Source of the DNA: an uncultured Candidatus Saccharibacteria bacterium
Lineage (GTDB): Bacteria > Patescibacteriota > Minisyncoccia > Phycocordibacterales > UBA9973
NCBI GenBank assembly: GCA_964527185.1
Contig: CAZGOI010000001.1
Coordinates: 6,010-70,009 of the forward strand
Direction of reading: 5' to 3'
Length of the DNA: 64,000 nucleotides
Positions 54,091 to 63,658 of this stretch are shown here, one piece after another (position 1 is the stretch's first letter; every line of letters starts with the position of its first letter). The notes below the pieces were generated by a model, which saw only the letters and a list, made by a program, of their open reading frames with translations, ran no database searches and was not told the origin of the DNA. The position numbers and the translations under genes are program-made.

Positions 54091-55059
54091 TTAAAGTCCT
54101 AATTCTTTCAGAACATCACTTGTAGAAGTTGATTTGTGTTTCGAATTTAATGTTTTTGTGCTACTCCATAGCATTGAAACTAGCTGGCGGGGCTGAAAAC
54201 CAGAAACTTCACCGAGTCTGAGGATATAATTCTCCACAAGATCGTATTCCGTAATTCTTGGAGAAAATGGAACTATTTTATCCCTCCATTCGTATTCTTC
54301 ATGAAGATTGAAAGCTCTCATTAGCCAAGAATCAACAACGACGGCTTTTTTGTCTCCCAATATCGCTCTGGCAAAATTCATGATTTTCCTGCGACCATTG
54401 CGCGAATCTTTTCCAAATGCAAATTCTCCATTCCTGAAATCATTAAGAATCTTAACAACGGAAGGAAGGAAGCCTTCGTTCTCAAACTTTTTACCCTTTT
54501 TGTACAATTCATAGGCATGTTTTGCATGAATAAGGTTTGTCTTGAAATGATTACGAGGGCTCGTTATGGCAAAAAGCTTAACAAAAAGCTCTATGTCATA
54601 ATCACGAAACGTTTCCTTGAAAGCTTTCAGGGTTTCCGGATACCAGTTCCTTGCATTATATCCATGATATAGATATTTACTGATACTGAATTCATCGAAT
54701 TCGTATTTTTTCAGCAAATCTTCATTTTCTTCATAGAAAGATTCAAGAGCAAAAGGTTCATTGAAATTCATTGCCCCAGAAGTCAAAATAGATAAAAACA
54801 TGTCTGGATTTTCTGAAGCTGATTCTTCAGCAAAGCTTTCAATGTCGCGAGAAATACTTGCTAACTCTCTAGGATCATCCATTGGGGTAAACATTTCTGC
54901 AATAGTAAGACTATCGCATTGTAGTTGCGGTTTTTTCAAGCCACAGAGTACAAATAGTGGCAGAATCCAAACTTCATGCTTGGGAATATGCCTTGAGACA
55001 AACTCTGGCTTGTTCTTTTTAACAATAGTTGTTAGTGTATTTTTTTTACCTCGTTTCAT
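54091..55059 (-). CDS. Hypothetical protein, C-terminal half reminiscent of DNA glycosylase-like (HhH) proteins
   Basis: WY...FAITSPRN...KIMNFARAILGD..AVVVDSWLMRA...Y...E...Q....W pattern. Confidence 0.6.
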   Translation of the reverse strand: MKRGKKNTLTTIVKKNKPEFVSRHIPKHEVWILPLFVLCGLKKPQLQCDSLTIAEMFTPMDDPRELASISRDIESFAEESASENPDMFLSILTSGAMNFNEPFALESFYEENEDLLKKYEFDEFSISKYLYHGYNARNWYPETLKAFKETFRDYDIELFVKLFAITSPRNHFKTNLIHAKHAYELYKKGKKFENEGFLPSVVKILNDFRNGEFAFGKDSRNGRRKIMNFARAILGDKKAVVVDSWLMRAFNLHEEYEWRDKIVPFSPRITEYDLVENYILRLGEVSGFQPRQLVSMLWSSTKTLNSKHKSTSTSDVLKELGL

Positions 55060-55158
55060 ATATTAAGTTTTTAAGTTGATTTAGAACTACACTAACATTT
55101 TTTTAAAAATTGTCAATGAAGAAAACTCCCCCTTTCGGGGGCTTTTAAATTTGATTAT

Positions 55159-55629
55159 TTACCAAGCAAAGTGGGCAAAGGCTTTGTTGGCCTCGGCCAT
55201 CTTGTGAGTATCGTCGCGCTTTTTGACTGCGCTACCTTCGTTTTTTGAAGCCAGGATTAATTCTTCAGCGAGTTTCTCGTGTATCGGCGCGCCTTTTTTG
55301 CTGCGAGCAGCCAAGATGATCCATCGCATGGCGAGCGCGGTGCGGCGCTCGGGGCGAACTTCGCGCGGGACTTGGTAGTTGGCGCCACCGATTCGGCGAG
55401 AGCGCACTTCTACTTGCGGTCCGGCATTTTTAATAGCCGTATCGAAAACTTCGAGCGGGTTTGGGTTGCCAGTTTTTTCTTTGATGATATCAAAGGCTTT
55501 GTAGACAGATTTACGGGCAGTCTCTTTCTTGCCGTGGAGCATGATGCTATTTATGAATTTAGAAAGTCTTTCTGAATTGTAGACTATATCTGCTTCAACT
55601 ATATTTCGATTTTTTACTTTTCTTCGCAT
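55159..55629 (-). CDS. rpsG: 30S ribosomal protein uS7
   Basis: EVRSRRIGGANYQVP and HKMAEANKAFAHF motifs. Confidence 0.99.
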   Translation of the reverse strand: MRRKVKNRNIVEADIVYNSERLSKFINSIMLHGKKETARKSVYKAFDIIKEKTGNPNPLEVFDTAIKNAGPQVEVRSRRIGGANYQVPREVRPERRTALAMRWIILAARSKKGAPIHEKLAEELILASKNEGSAVKKRDDTHKMAEANKAFAHFAW

Positions 55630-55632
55630 AGA

Positions 55633-56055
55633 TTATTTCTTGGCTGCTTTTGGCTTTTTGTTACCGTAGAGACTTCGCGATTGTCGGCGCTTCTCGACGC
55701 CGGTCGTGTCGAGCCGGCCACGAACGATGTGGTATCTAACACCGATCAGGTCTTTGACGCGTCCACCGCGAATCATGACAACCGAGTGCTCTTGCAAATT
55801 GTGGCCTTCGCCGGGAATATAGGCTGTAACTTCCATACCATTTGTCAGACGAACGCGGGCGATTTTTCTAAGGGCCGAGTTTGGTTTCTTCGGGGTCGTA
55901 GTCGTGACTTTGGTGCAAACGCCACGCTTGAAAGGCGCCGGGTAAAAGACCGGTCGGTTTTTGATCGAATTAAAACCGCGAGCAAGGGCTACGGCTTTAG
56001 ATTTTTTTATGACTTTTTTACGGCTCTTGCGAACCAGTTGATTGATCGTTGGCAT
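55633..56055 (-). CDS. rpsL: 30S ribosomal protein uS12
   Basis: [20 protein letters not shown] and [13 protein letters not shown] motifs. Confidence 0.99.
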   Translation of the reverse strand: MPTINQLVRKSRKKVIKKSKAVALARGFNSIKNRPVFYPAPFKRGVCTKVTTTTPKKPNSALRKIARVRLTNGMEVTAYIPGEGHNLQEHSVVMIRGGRVKDLIGVRYHIVRGRLDTTGVEKRRQSRSLYGNKKPKAAKK

Positions 56056-56108
56056 TCTAAAATAAAAATAGTCGCTTGGACTAGTAGGGATACTCTACTA
56101 TAGGAGGC

Positions 56109-56756
56109 CTAAAATTGCAAGCCAGTCAGCCCCGAAAATACACTGAAAACAAAGGGCGCTACGTAGACCCAGAGGAATATAATGAAAAAGAGCAATAAAA
56201 ACATGCCCCAGCGCTCTAGAAAATTTTGAAGTGGTCGCATACCTGGCGGCAGCATCGAGAACAGGATTTTTGAACCATCAAGCGGCGGAATAGGAATGAT
56301 GTTGAAAAGGGTGAGGACTAGATTGGTTATGACGATCATCGTCGTGATTTTATAAAATGGGCTGACGATTGTCGGGTTATTTGTATATGATGGCAAGCCA
56401 AGCTCTGGCGCAAAACGAATGAGTAGACCAAATATTACGGCGATAAAAATATTTGCCAGAATTCCAGCCAAGGCGACTACGAGTGTCCCCCTTCGTGGAT
56501 TGCGCAAATTGGCAGGATTGTATGGCACCGGTTTGGCCCAGCCGACGACAAAACCGGCTTGGGAAAATATTAATAGGAGGGGCAGGATAACCGAACCAAA
56601 TGGGTCTAGATGCTTGAGCGGATTGAGTGTCAGCCGGCCAGAAGACCGGGCTGTGTTGTCGCCCAACAAGTAGGCGCTATAGCCATGGGCAAATTCATGG
56701 ATGACGATTGAAACTATCAATATGACCACATAGAAAATTCCGTCTATAGCTTGCAT
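56109..56756 (-). CDS. Site-2 protease (M50) family
   Basis: HEFAHG, LTLNPLKHLDPFG and NIIPIPPLDGS motifs. Confidence 0.93.
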   Translation of the reverse strand: MQAIDGIFYVVILIVSIVIHEFAHGYSAYLLGDNTARSSGRLTLNPLKHLDPFGSVILPLLLIFSQAGFVVGWAKPVPYNPANLRNPRRGTLVVALAGILANIFIAVIFGLLIRFAPELGLPSYTNNPTIVSPFYKITTMIVITNLVLTLFNIIPIPPLDGSKILFSMLPPGMRPLQNFLERWGMFLLLFFIIFLWVYVAPFVFSVFSGLTGLQF

Positions 56757-56790
56757 ATATATGCCCTATATGATAGCATGTGGCTCACGT

Positions 56791-57036
56791 ATGGCAAAAA
56801 TTTGCGCTGTAACTAAAAAAGGTTCAAAAATGACGGGTGGTTACTCGAACGTTGTTCGTGCTACCAAGTTTAACCCGACTGGCAAAGTCCGCAAATATCC
56901 AAACCTTCAGAAAAAGCGCGTCTATGTGCCAGAACTTAAAAAATATATTCCTCTCACACTTTCAACTGGCGCCATCAAGACTATAAATAAACACGGGGCC
57001 TACAAAGTCCTCAAAAAAGCTGGTGTTATAAAATAA
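56791..57036 (+). CDS. rpmB: 50S ribosomal protein bL28
   Basis: MAKICAVTKK...RKYPNLQKKR...LST..IKTI. Confidence 0.88.
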   Translation: MAKICAVTKKGSKMTGGYSNVVRATKFNPTGKVRKYPNLQKKRVYVPELKKYIPLTLSTGAIKTINKHGAYKVLKKAGVIK

Positions 57037-57063
57037 AAATCCCGATTGATCGGGATTTTTATT
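57035..57063. repeat. Bidirectional terminator hairpin, copy 1 of a 29-bp direct repeat
   Basis: aaaaatcccgattgatcgggatttttatt, identical to 58134-58162. Confidence 0.85.
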
Positions 57064-57700
57064 CTTGAATTCTAAATATTTCTAGAAGTTCTGGGAGTTG
57101 TTTAGTTTCACAAACAAAAACTACTTCTGTCCATGTAGTTATTGTTTCAGTAAGTGAAATCTTTTTTTCCGCAATTTTATGAAGTAAAGAAAAAATAATA
57201 TTTGGTTTGAAATGATATTCCGAACTAATAGAAATACCTATTGCTGAGAGGTTTTTTATTAAGAGTATTGGTTTTGTTTTCATATGAGAAATAACCTTTT
57301 CTGATTTTGATTCACTACATATTATTATAATTGTGCGAGTATTTTGTGAAAAACTGAACCATTCATCAATTCCAGGGGAAATTGCTTTCTCTAAAGTAAC
57401 AAGTTTTTGAGAAATAGAAGGGTTTTTTTCAAATACGATTTCTGATAGGGGTGTTTTCACTGTAATATTGTCAATAACAACTTTTTGTAAAAGCGGATTA
57501 ACGCCTTCAAGTTTTCTGTGGAGACGAGAGAGGGACATAATGATTGTTGTTATTTTTACATTTTTTTTGGTTTTTAATTCAACTTTTTTATGGATTGTTC
57601 TGGAGTAGCTGGAAAGATTGAGTATACCTCGCGACAAGGCAGATATAGCTTCGTGGTCTTTCTTTATTATTTCCTCTACAATAGTTCCAACTTTTATCAT
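57059..57700 (-). CDS. ACT-domain regulatory protein (aspartokinase regulatory domain-like)
   Basis: ALSRGILNLSSYSR N-terminus and C-terminal I...E.ITTWTEVVFV ACT-like pattern. Confidence 0.7.
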   Translation of the reverse strand: MIKVGTIVEEIIKKDHEAISALSRGILNLSSYSRTIHKKVELKTKKNVKITTIIMSLSRLHRKLEGVNPLLQKVVIDNITVKTPLSEIVFEKNPSISQKLVTLEKAISPGIDEWFSFSQNTRTIIIICSESKSEKVISHMKTKPILLIKNLSAIGISISSEYHFKPNIIFSLLHKIAEKKISLTETITTWTEVVFVCETKQLPELLEIFRIQE

Positions 57701-57815
57701 GTTATAAATATAACAAATATTTATAATTCACACAAATTATAGTTTTATTTTGTTTTCAGTGACAGAATTTTTATACTAAAAAAGTAAATTTATTGTTCAT
57801 TAAAAAATAAAAAAC

Positions 57816-58118
57816 ATGAGACAGATCATTATTACAGTCGACATGACAAATGGAAATTTAATTTCTATGTCTGAGAAAATCGGAAAGGATTCCCCTATTT
57901 TAATAGAAACTGTAGATGGTTTAAATGGATGGGAAAAATTTAAAGAAACCACATTAGAAGACATTCTAAAGGCCCATAAAATATTTGGTGGAATAAGAGA
58001 GGCGCCAATAGGATGTAGTGGTTATGGAGCAATCGAAGATTTTATTAAATTAGAGATTGAAAATAGGAAACAAGCTACTGTTAAAAAAATTGCTAAATTT
58101 TTCGCTTCTATCCTTTAA
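57816..58118 (+). CDS. Hypothetical protein
   Basis: 100-aa ORF divergent from the ACT gene and followed by a terminator. Confidence 0.55.
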   Translation: MRQIIITVDMTNGNLISMSEKIGKDSPILIETVDGLNGWEKFKETTLEDILKAHKIFGGIREAPIGCSGYGAIEDFIKLEIENRKQATVKKIAKFFASIL

Positions 58119-58133
58119 TTTTTTAACTCAGTG

Positions 58134-58162
58134 AAAAATCCCGATTGATCGGGATTTTTATT
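58134..58162. repeat. Terminator hairpin, copy 2 of the 29-bp direct repeat
   Basis: Identical to 57035-57063. Confidence 0.85.
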
Positions 58163-58387
58163 TGACAGTCTATTTTATTAATATAGAATTAAATTGAATT
58201 AGTGAGATTTCATGGTAATCAAGTAGGATTCCGCACTTAGAGTTTCTAAATGTATCTTTACCGAGATATTTTAGAATGCTGGTCTGTCTCAAAAACAGGT
58301 CCACAGTAGGATCTTGCTGTGGTTGCCCCTCCCAAATATAACTTCTCTTAAACAAGGGAGCCCCCTCTGGTTTCGACCGGAGGGTTT

Positions 58388-59248
58388 TTAATACATGAGC
58401 TTAACCCCATCGGTTTTAAAAATGATTGTTCCTTTTTGGAATGTTATGAGGTATGGGATGTGCAAGTCATCGAGCCGGTCGATAACTTCTTTGTGCGGGT
58501 GGCCATATTTATTGTTGAGGCCGGCTGAGATTACCGCAACTTGCGGCGAGACATCTTCAAGCCAAGACTCGCTCGAGGAAGTCCGTGAGCCGTGGTGGCC
58601 AAGTTTTAATACCTGTGAGCGCAGCGTCTCTACGGGTTCATTTTTCTCAATTAGCGATTCGGTATAGGCAGTTGCATCACCCATGAGCATAAAAGATTCA
58701 TTGCCATAGACGAGCTTGCCGACTATCGAACCGTCGTTGGTTTTCCAGGTCGAAACGTCGCGGTCTGGGAATAAAATATCAAAATAAATATTTTTATCTT
58801 TATCGAGAACTATCTTCATGCCGCGGCGGGCGATTTCTTTTTTAACTCCATCTTTTGCAATTTCATTTTCGAGTGTTTTGTAGGTTAGTGAACTATTAAA
58901 AGTCCCGGGTTCGAGAATCTCGCCGACTTTATAATTGCGCAAAACGTCGATAAACCCCCCGATGTGGTCGCGGTCTGGATTGGTGACAACGATCATATCT
59001 ATCGATCGGTCGCCAAACGGCATGACCTGCGAGAGCCGCGACAAAACTATGGCGTTCGGGCCACCGTCAACCAGTATCTGCCGGCCGTTCGGGGCTTCTA
59101 TATAGATGGCATCGCCTTGGCCGATATCTAGAAAAGCGACTTTCAGGATATTATTTGGAGTATTTTTGTGGTGGAAATACCAGATGGCCAGGATGCCCAA
59201 GATGGCGAGTATGGCTATATATGGCAGATATTTGCGGAAATTTTTCAT
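58388..59248 (-). CDS. ComEC/Rec2-type metallo-beta-lactamase-fold nuclease domain protein
   Basis: FLDIGQGDA, DGG, TNPDRDHIGG, MGDA, LGHHGSRTSS and YGHPHKEV motifs. Confidence 0.9.
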   Translation of the reverse strand: MKNFRKYLPYIAILAILGILAIWYFHHKNTPNNILKVAFLDIGQGDAIYIEAPNGRQILVDGGPNAIVLSRLSQVMPFGDRSIDMIVVTNPDRDHIGGFIDVLRNYKVGEILEPGTFNSSLTYKTLENEIAKDGVKKEIARRGMKIVLDKDKNIYFDILFPDRDVSTWKTNDGSIVGKLVYGNESFMLMGDATAYTESLIEKNEPVETLRSQVLKLGHHGSRTSSSESWLEDVSPQVAVISAGLNNKYGHPHKEVIDRLDDLHIPYLITFQKGTIIFKTDGVKLMY

Positions 59249-59380
59249 GATATACTGTCTATATTAGCATTATTGTAATTGGAGTAAACATTTTCAAGAA
59301 AAAACGTCTGGCCCGCGCCGCGATCAAGCCGACGGGGGTCCGAGGACTTTTTTATTTGAAATGTTTACGGACTAAATTTT

Positions 59381-59974
59381 ATGGAAAAATTTACAGAAAA
59401 AAAATTCGATATTCCTGAACTAAAAGGCATATCAAAGAAAAATATCGAGGAGCACCTTAAGCTCTATGCTGGCTATGTGAAAAATACAAATTTGATTTTT
59501 GAAAAAGTCGGCGAATTGATGGCTGACCCAGAAAAGAATGCCTATGTGGTTGGTGAACTCATGCGCCGGCTTGGTTTTGAATGGAATGGCATGCGCAACC
59601 ACGAGCAATATTTTGCATCACTCTCAGGTGGGGCAAAACCTCTTTCTGATGACTCCTCTCTTAAAATAGCGATGGAGAAACAAGCAGGCTCGATAGAAAA
59701 CTGGATGCTCGGGTTCAAACATTTGGCCATGACTCGGGGTGTCGGCTGGGCTGTAATATATTGGGACAAGGAATCAAAACAACTCGTACCAGCCTGGATC
59801 GACGAACAGCACTTGGGGCAATTGAATGGCCTCTCGTGGATACTCGGAATTGATATGTGGGAACATGCATATGTTTATGACTATCCAACCAGCGAGAAGA
59901 AAAAATATGTTGAAGCATTTTTTGAAAATCTAAATTGGTCTGTGATCGAAGAAAATTTTAATAAGGTGAAATAA
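59381..59974 (+). CDS. Fe/Mn superoxide dismutase family protein
   Basis: EHLKLYAGYV, NHE.YF, GVGW and DMWEHAY motifs. Confidence 0.9.
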   Translation: MEKFTEKKFDIPELKGISKKNIEEHLKLYAGYVKNTNLIFEKVGELMADPEKNAYVVGELMRRLGFEWNGMRNHEQYFASLSGGAKPLSDDSSLKIAMEKQAGSIENWMLGFKHLAMTRGVGWAVIYWDKESKQLVPAWIDEQHLGQLNGLSWILGIDMWEHAYVYDYPTSEKKKYVEAFFENLNWSVIEENFNKVK

Positions 59975-60251
59975 AAAAAGCCCCTTAATCGTTTGATCAA
60001 GGGGCGCATGTTCACAAGTTCTTGGTTTTTGGATTGATTACTATAATAATTACGATCCGAAGGATAATTGCACATTGTTGCCTGTTTTTTGGATATACAG
60101 GGGGAATCGACAGAGGATTACGTTCAACAACATATAGCTTTTATACCTTGCCCATCTCCTTTTAATTATTGTATGGGGGATTAGGGTTGTTGTAAGTACT
60201 AAAAATACCAATCCTTTTTCGATTACTATTTTACTACTATATAGAATCTTG

Positions 60252-61547
60252 TCAATCCTTTTTCCACACCCAGACGCCAATGAGGAGATATAGCGCGAGT
60301 GTGAGTATAAGCGGGAATGAAGAAAAATTTAGACTGGCAAATGGCAGGGTCGCAAAGAAGTGAATGGTAGCAAGGATATAGTAGAGTAATAGGTGCGCAA
60401 TGTATGCAAACGGCAAATAAATAATCGATGGTATGAAGCTCAAAATACCAGTGATGAAAATCAAAAACATGGCAAGTGGAATAATCGGCAAGATTAAAAC
60501 ATTGGCCGGCAGTGAGACGAGCGAAAGAATTCCAGTCGAATACAAAAGCAGCGGTAAGGTCGCAATATTTGCCGCCAGTGTTGTAGACACGACTTCGCGC
60601 AAACCAAAGCGCGCAGGTAAAAATCTCATAGCTTTCATAACGTGCGGGGTAATATACAGTACCCCAAACGTTGCAAGGAATGACAATTGAAAAGAAATAT
60701 CAGATAGTATGCGCGGGTCGTAGGCAACCATAATAAAGAGTGCAGTGGCGAGCGCCCGGCCGGCTTCATATTTTCTGCCAGTCAGCCGCCCGATGAGCGC
60801 AATCGAGGCCATGATACCAGCACGAATAGCTGTTGCCCCGCCGCCAGATAAAATTATAAAAAGTATTATAAAAAGTATGCCGAGGCTGACCGAAAAAACT
60901 TGCGTCAGGATTAATCCAAAAACTTTCATCACACCTTCGGCCACAATCGTGATGTTATAACCCGATAAGGCAACGATATGAATGGTGCCGGTCGTAATAA
61001 ATTCGTTGCGCATATTTTGGTCAAACCCGCCGCGGGTGCCGAGCACCAGTCCGAGGGCCAAATCGCTTTCGGGCGGGTTGATTGCGTTATTTATATTTTT
61101 TGAAAACGCGTCTCTAAATTTAAAAAGCCAAGATTTTAAAATGCTCCCATTGCCGTGAGAAATTATTTCGACTTTTGCATTTTCTACAATATAGTAAATG
61201 TCTTGGTTTGCCAAATACCTGATGTAATTAAATTCTTTGCCCGATTGGGTTTCAAAATTTTTCGGCGTCGTTAGGGTGCCATCAATTTTCACCATATCTC
61301 CATAGGAAATTTCTATGTCTTTGTCGGCCACGACTAAAATATTTTCAGAACTATTTTCTGTCTCTACTATAATCCGCTGGTTTGCAAGTCTAATATCGGG
61401 CGGGCTACTGACTACGCCATTGAATGTAATAGCTTTGCCGATGGCACTACTATAGTCTCTCGGCTGCGGTAGAAAAAATAAAAAACGAACGAGGGCTATC
61501 GTCAGGAGTAATAAAATAATAATTATATCACTTCTCCTTAGATGCAT
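60252..61547 (-). CDS. comEC: ComEC/Rec2 competence channel (OB and membrane domains)
   Basis: TGTIHIVALSGYNI, RAGIM, SFQLSFLAT and SLPANVL motifs. Confidence 0.9.
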   Translation of the reverse strand: MHLRRSDIIIILLLLTIALVRFLFFLPQPRDYSSAIGKAITFNGVVSSPPDIRLANQRIIVETENSSENILVVADKDIEISYGDMVKIDGTLTTPKNFETQSGKEFNYIRYLANQDIYYIVENAKVEIISHGNGSILKSWLFKFRDAFSKNINNAINPPESDLALGLVLGTRGGFDQNMRNEFITTGTIHIVALSGYNITIVAEGVMKVFGLILTQVFSVSLGILFIILFIILSGGGATAIRAGIMASIALIGRLTGRKYEAGRALATALFIMVAYDPRILSDISFQLSFLATFGVLYITPHVMKAMRFLPARFGLREVVSTTLAANIATLPLLLYSTGILSLVSLPANVLILPIIPLAMFLIFITGILSFIPSIIYLPFAYIAHLLLYYILATIHFFATLPFASLNFSSFPLILTLALYLLIGVWVWKKD

Positions 61548-61983
61548 AGGTGGTTGCGATATTGTCAGCCCGTTCGTTTAAAATGACTCCGGCGTGGCCT
61601 TTGACTTTCTGCCAAGAAATATTTCGACCAAGCTCTCTGGTAAGAGCAATTAGCTCCCGCCAGAGGTCTTGGTTTAAGACTTGTTTTTTGTTGGCAGTAC
61701 GCCAGCCATTCCTTTCCCAATTCTCTACCCACTCGGTCACTCCACCTAAAACATAGTTTGAGTCGGCATAAATTATGACTTTTTCTTTTTTATAATTTTT
61801 TATGAAATATTTAGTGGCTTCAATCGAAGCGACAAGTTCCATCCGGTTGTTGGTTGTATGTGATTCTCTTCCACCAAATTCTTTTACAACATTGCCACTC
61901 TCTGCCACCACCACTCCCCAGCCTCCAGGGCCCGGGTTGCCGAGTGATGAACCATCGGTATATATTTCTATCTCGTTTTTCAT
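61528..61983 (-). CDS. rnhA: Ribonuclease HI
   Basis: YTDGSSLGNPGPGG, TTNNRMEL, DSNY, NQDLW and VKGHAG..NERAD motifs. Confidence 0.96.
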   Translation of the reverse strand: MKNEIEIYTDGSSLGNPGPGGWGVVVAESGNVVKEFGGRESHTTNNRMELVASIEATKYFIKNYKKEKVIIYADSNYVLGGVTEWVENWERNGWRTANKKQVLNQDLWRELIALTRELGRNISWQKVKGHAGVILNERADNIATTYASKEK

Positions 61984-61985
61984 AA

Positions 61986-63635
61986 CTACATTATATCAAC
62001 AATTCGCAAGCGGAGTTCATTTTTACCCATAAAAGTATTTTTCTCAAATGTAGCGGTTAGGTCGATGCGCTCCCCTGCCGTTAGGCTGCGACCAAAACTG
62101 TCCCGAGTTTTAAAAAAAGAAATTGCTTTGATCTCCCTATCGCCCCCTTTAAAAAATGTAAGTTCGAGGTGGTTTTTGTCTTTGCCAAATTCTTTAATAG
62201 ATTTTATCGGGATATCTTTAAATAAAAATGTCGGCTTGGGGTTGCCCTCGCCATACGGGGCAAGCATTTCGATAACCTTGTAATTTTCAAAAGTAACATC
62301 TTCAACCGAAATTACTGCTTCGATATTGAAATCCTCTTCAATTTTTTCATCAGTGATTCCGTCAAAAACCTTAATCAATCTTTCTTCAAGAAAATGTATC
62401 TCTTGGTGCGAAACAGAAAACCCGCCAGCCGAAACGTGCCCGCCGTATGAAAGCAAACTTTCTTTTGGCAAGAGGCTCATGACTTCTACCAGATTTGCGC
62501 TGCCCCAACCTCGACAAGAACCGCGAATAGTTTCGCTGCCTTCTGACCCCCAAATAAATGCGGGCTTCTTATACTCTTCGGCAACTTTCGAAGCAACCAA
62601 CCCGAGCACCCCGACTCGCCAGGCCGGGTTGCCGATAATGATGACTGGTTTATCTTGGCGTTTATCTAAAACTTTTTTCACATCTTTCATGATATGGGCT
62701 ACGGTTGTTTTTCTGTCGTTATTTATTTTCGCTAGATGGTCTGACAGACTTCGAGCCAAGACAGAATCGCTCGTCGCTAGTATTTCAAAAGAAATTCGCG
62801 GGTCGTCCATCCGCGAAGCCGCATTTAATCGCGGTGCCAGAGTGAAAGTTATATCTTCTTCAGAAATATTTAGAGGGTTGACATCGGCTTTGCGAAATAT
62901 TTCAACCAGCCCTGGCCTTTTTGTTTTGCGTAAAACTTTCAAGCCGTAGTAGGCAAGTACCCTATTTTCATCGACCAGCTTGACTTGGTCGGAAAGCGTC
63001 GCGACGGCTACCATATCGAGCAGCCATTTCTCCCAACCATCTGTAATTTTAAAATACTCGCTATATTTTTTTATAAGCGCAGAAACCAACTTAAAAGCAA
63101 GCCCAGCCCCGCATAGATTTTTTTCTGGATAGTCGCAACCTTCTTGTTTTGGGTTTATAATTGCAAATGCTCTTGGTGCTTCTTCTTGAGGTAAGTGATG
63201 GTCTGTAATAATTACATCGATGCCTGCACTTTGCGATTTGGCAACTTCACTTACAGCGGTGATACCAAGATCGAAAGTAATGAGGAGCTTGACGCCATCC
63301 CCAATAAATTCATCGATTGCATCAGCGTGCAGGCCATAGCCCTCGTCGTGTCTGTGTGGAATGTAAATAGAAAAATTCTCATAACCGATTTTTTTAAAAA
63401 AGTCGTGCATTATAACCGCTGCTGGAATGCCATCACAATCGTAATCGCTATAAATCACTATTTTCTCCCCTCCCTCAATCGCCTCAAAAATCCGGACGAC
63501 AGATTTTTCCATATCTTTTAAAAGAAATGGGTCATAGAGATCTTCGTATCTTGGGTTTAAGAATTTTTCTTTGAGTGGATCTGTAATATTTCTATTTTTG
63601 AGAAGAATTTCTAGGAGTTTCGTCTGGTTTGGCAT
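61986..63635 (-). CDS. recJ: Single-stranded-DNA exonuclease RecJ
   Basis: DYDCDG, EGYG, TDHH, PRLNAASR, GGH..AGG and APYGEGNP motifs. Confidence 0.96.
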   Translation of the reverse strand: MPNQTKLLEILLKNRNITDPLKEKFLNPRYEDLYDPFLLKDMEKSVVRIFEAIEGGEKIVIYSDYDCDGIPAAVIMHDFFKKIGYENFSIYIPHRHDEGYGLHADAIDEFIGDGVKLLITFDLGITAVSEVAKSQSAGIDVIITDHHLPQEEAPRAFAIINPKQEGCDYPEKNLCGAGLAFKLVSALIKKYSEYFKITDGWEKWLLDMVAVATLSDQVKLVDENRVLAYYGLKVLRKTKRPGLVEIFRKADVNPLNISEEDITFTLAPRLNAASRMDDPRISFEILATSDSVLARSLSDHLAKINNDRKTTVAHIMKDVKKVLDKRQDKPVIIIGNPAWRVGVLGLVASKVAEEYKKPAFIWGSEGSETIRGSCRGWGSANLVEVMSLLPKESLLSYGGHVSAGGFSVSHQEIHFLEERLIKVFDGITDEKIEEDFNIEAVISVEDVTFENYKVIEMLAPYGEGNPKPTFLFKDIPIKSIKEFGKDKNHLELTFFKGGDREIKAISFFKTRDSFGRSLTAGERIDLTATFEKNTFMGKNELRLRIVDIM

Positions 63636-63658
63636 ATGCGAGATTGTATCATAATATT

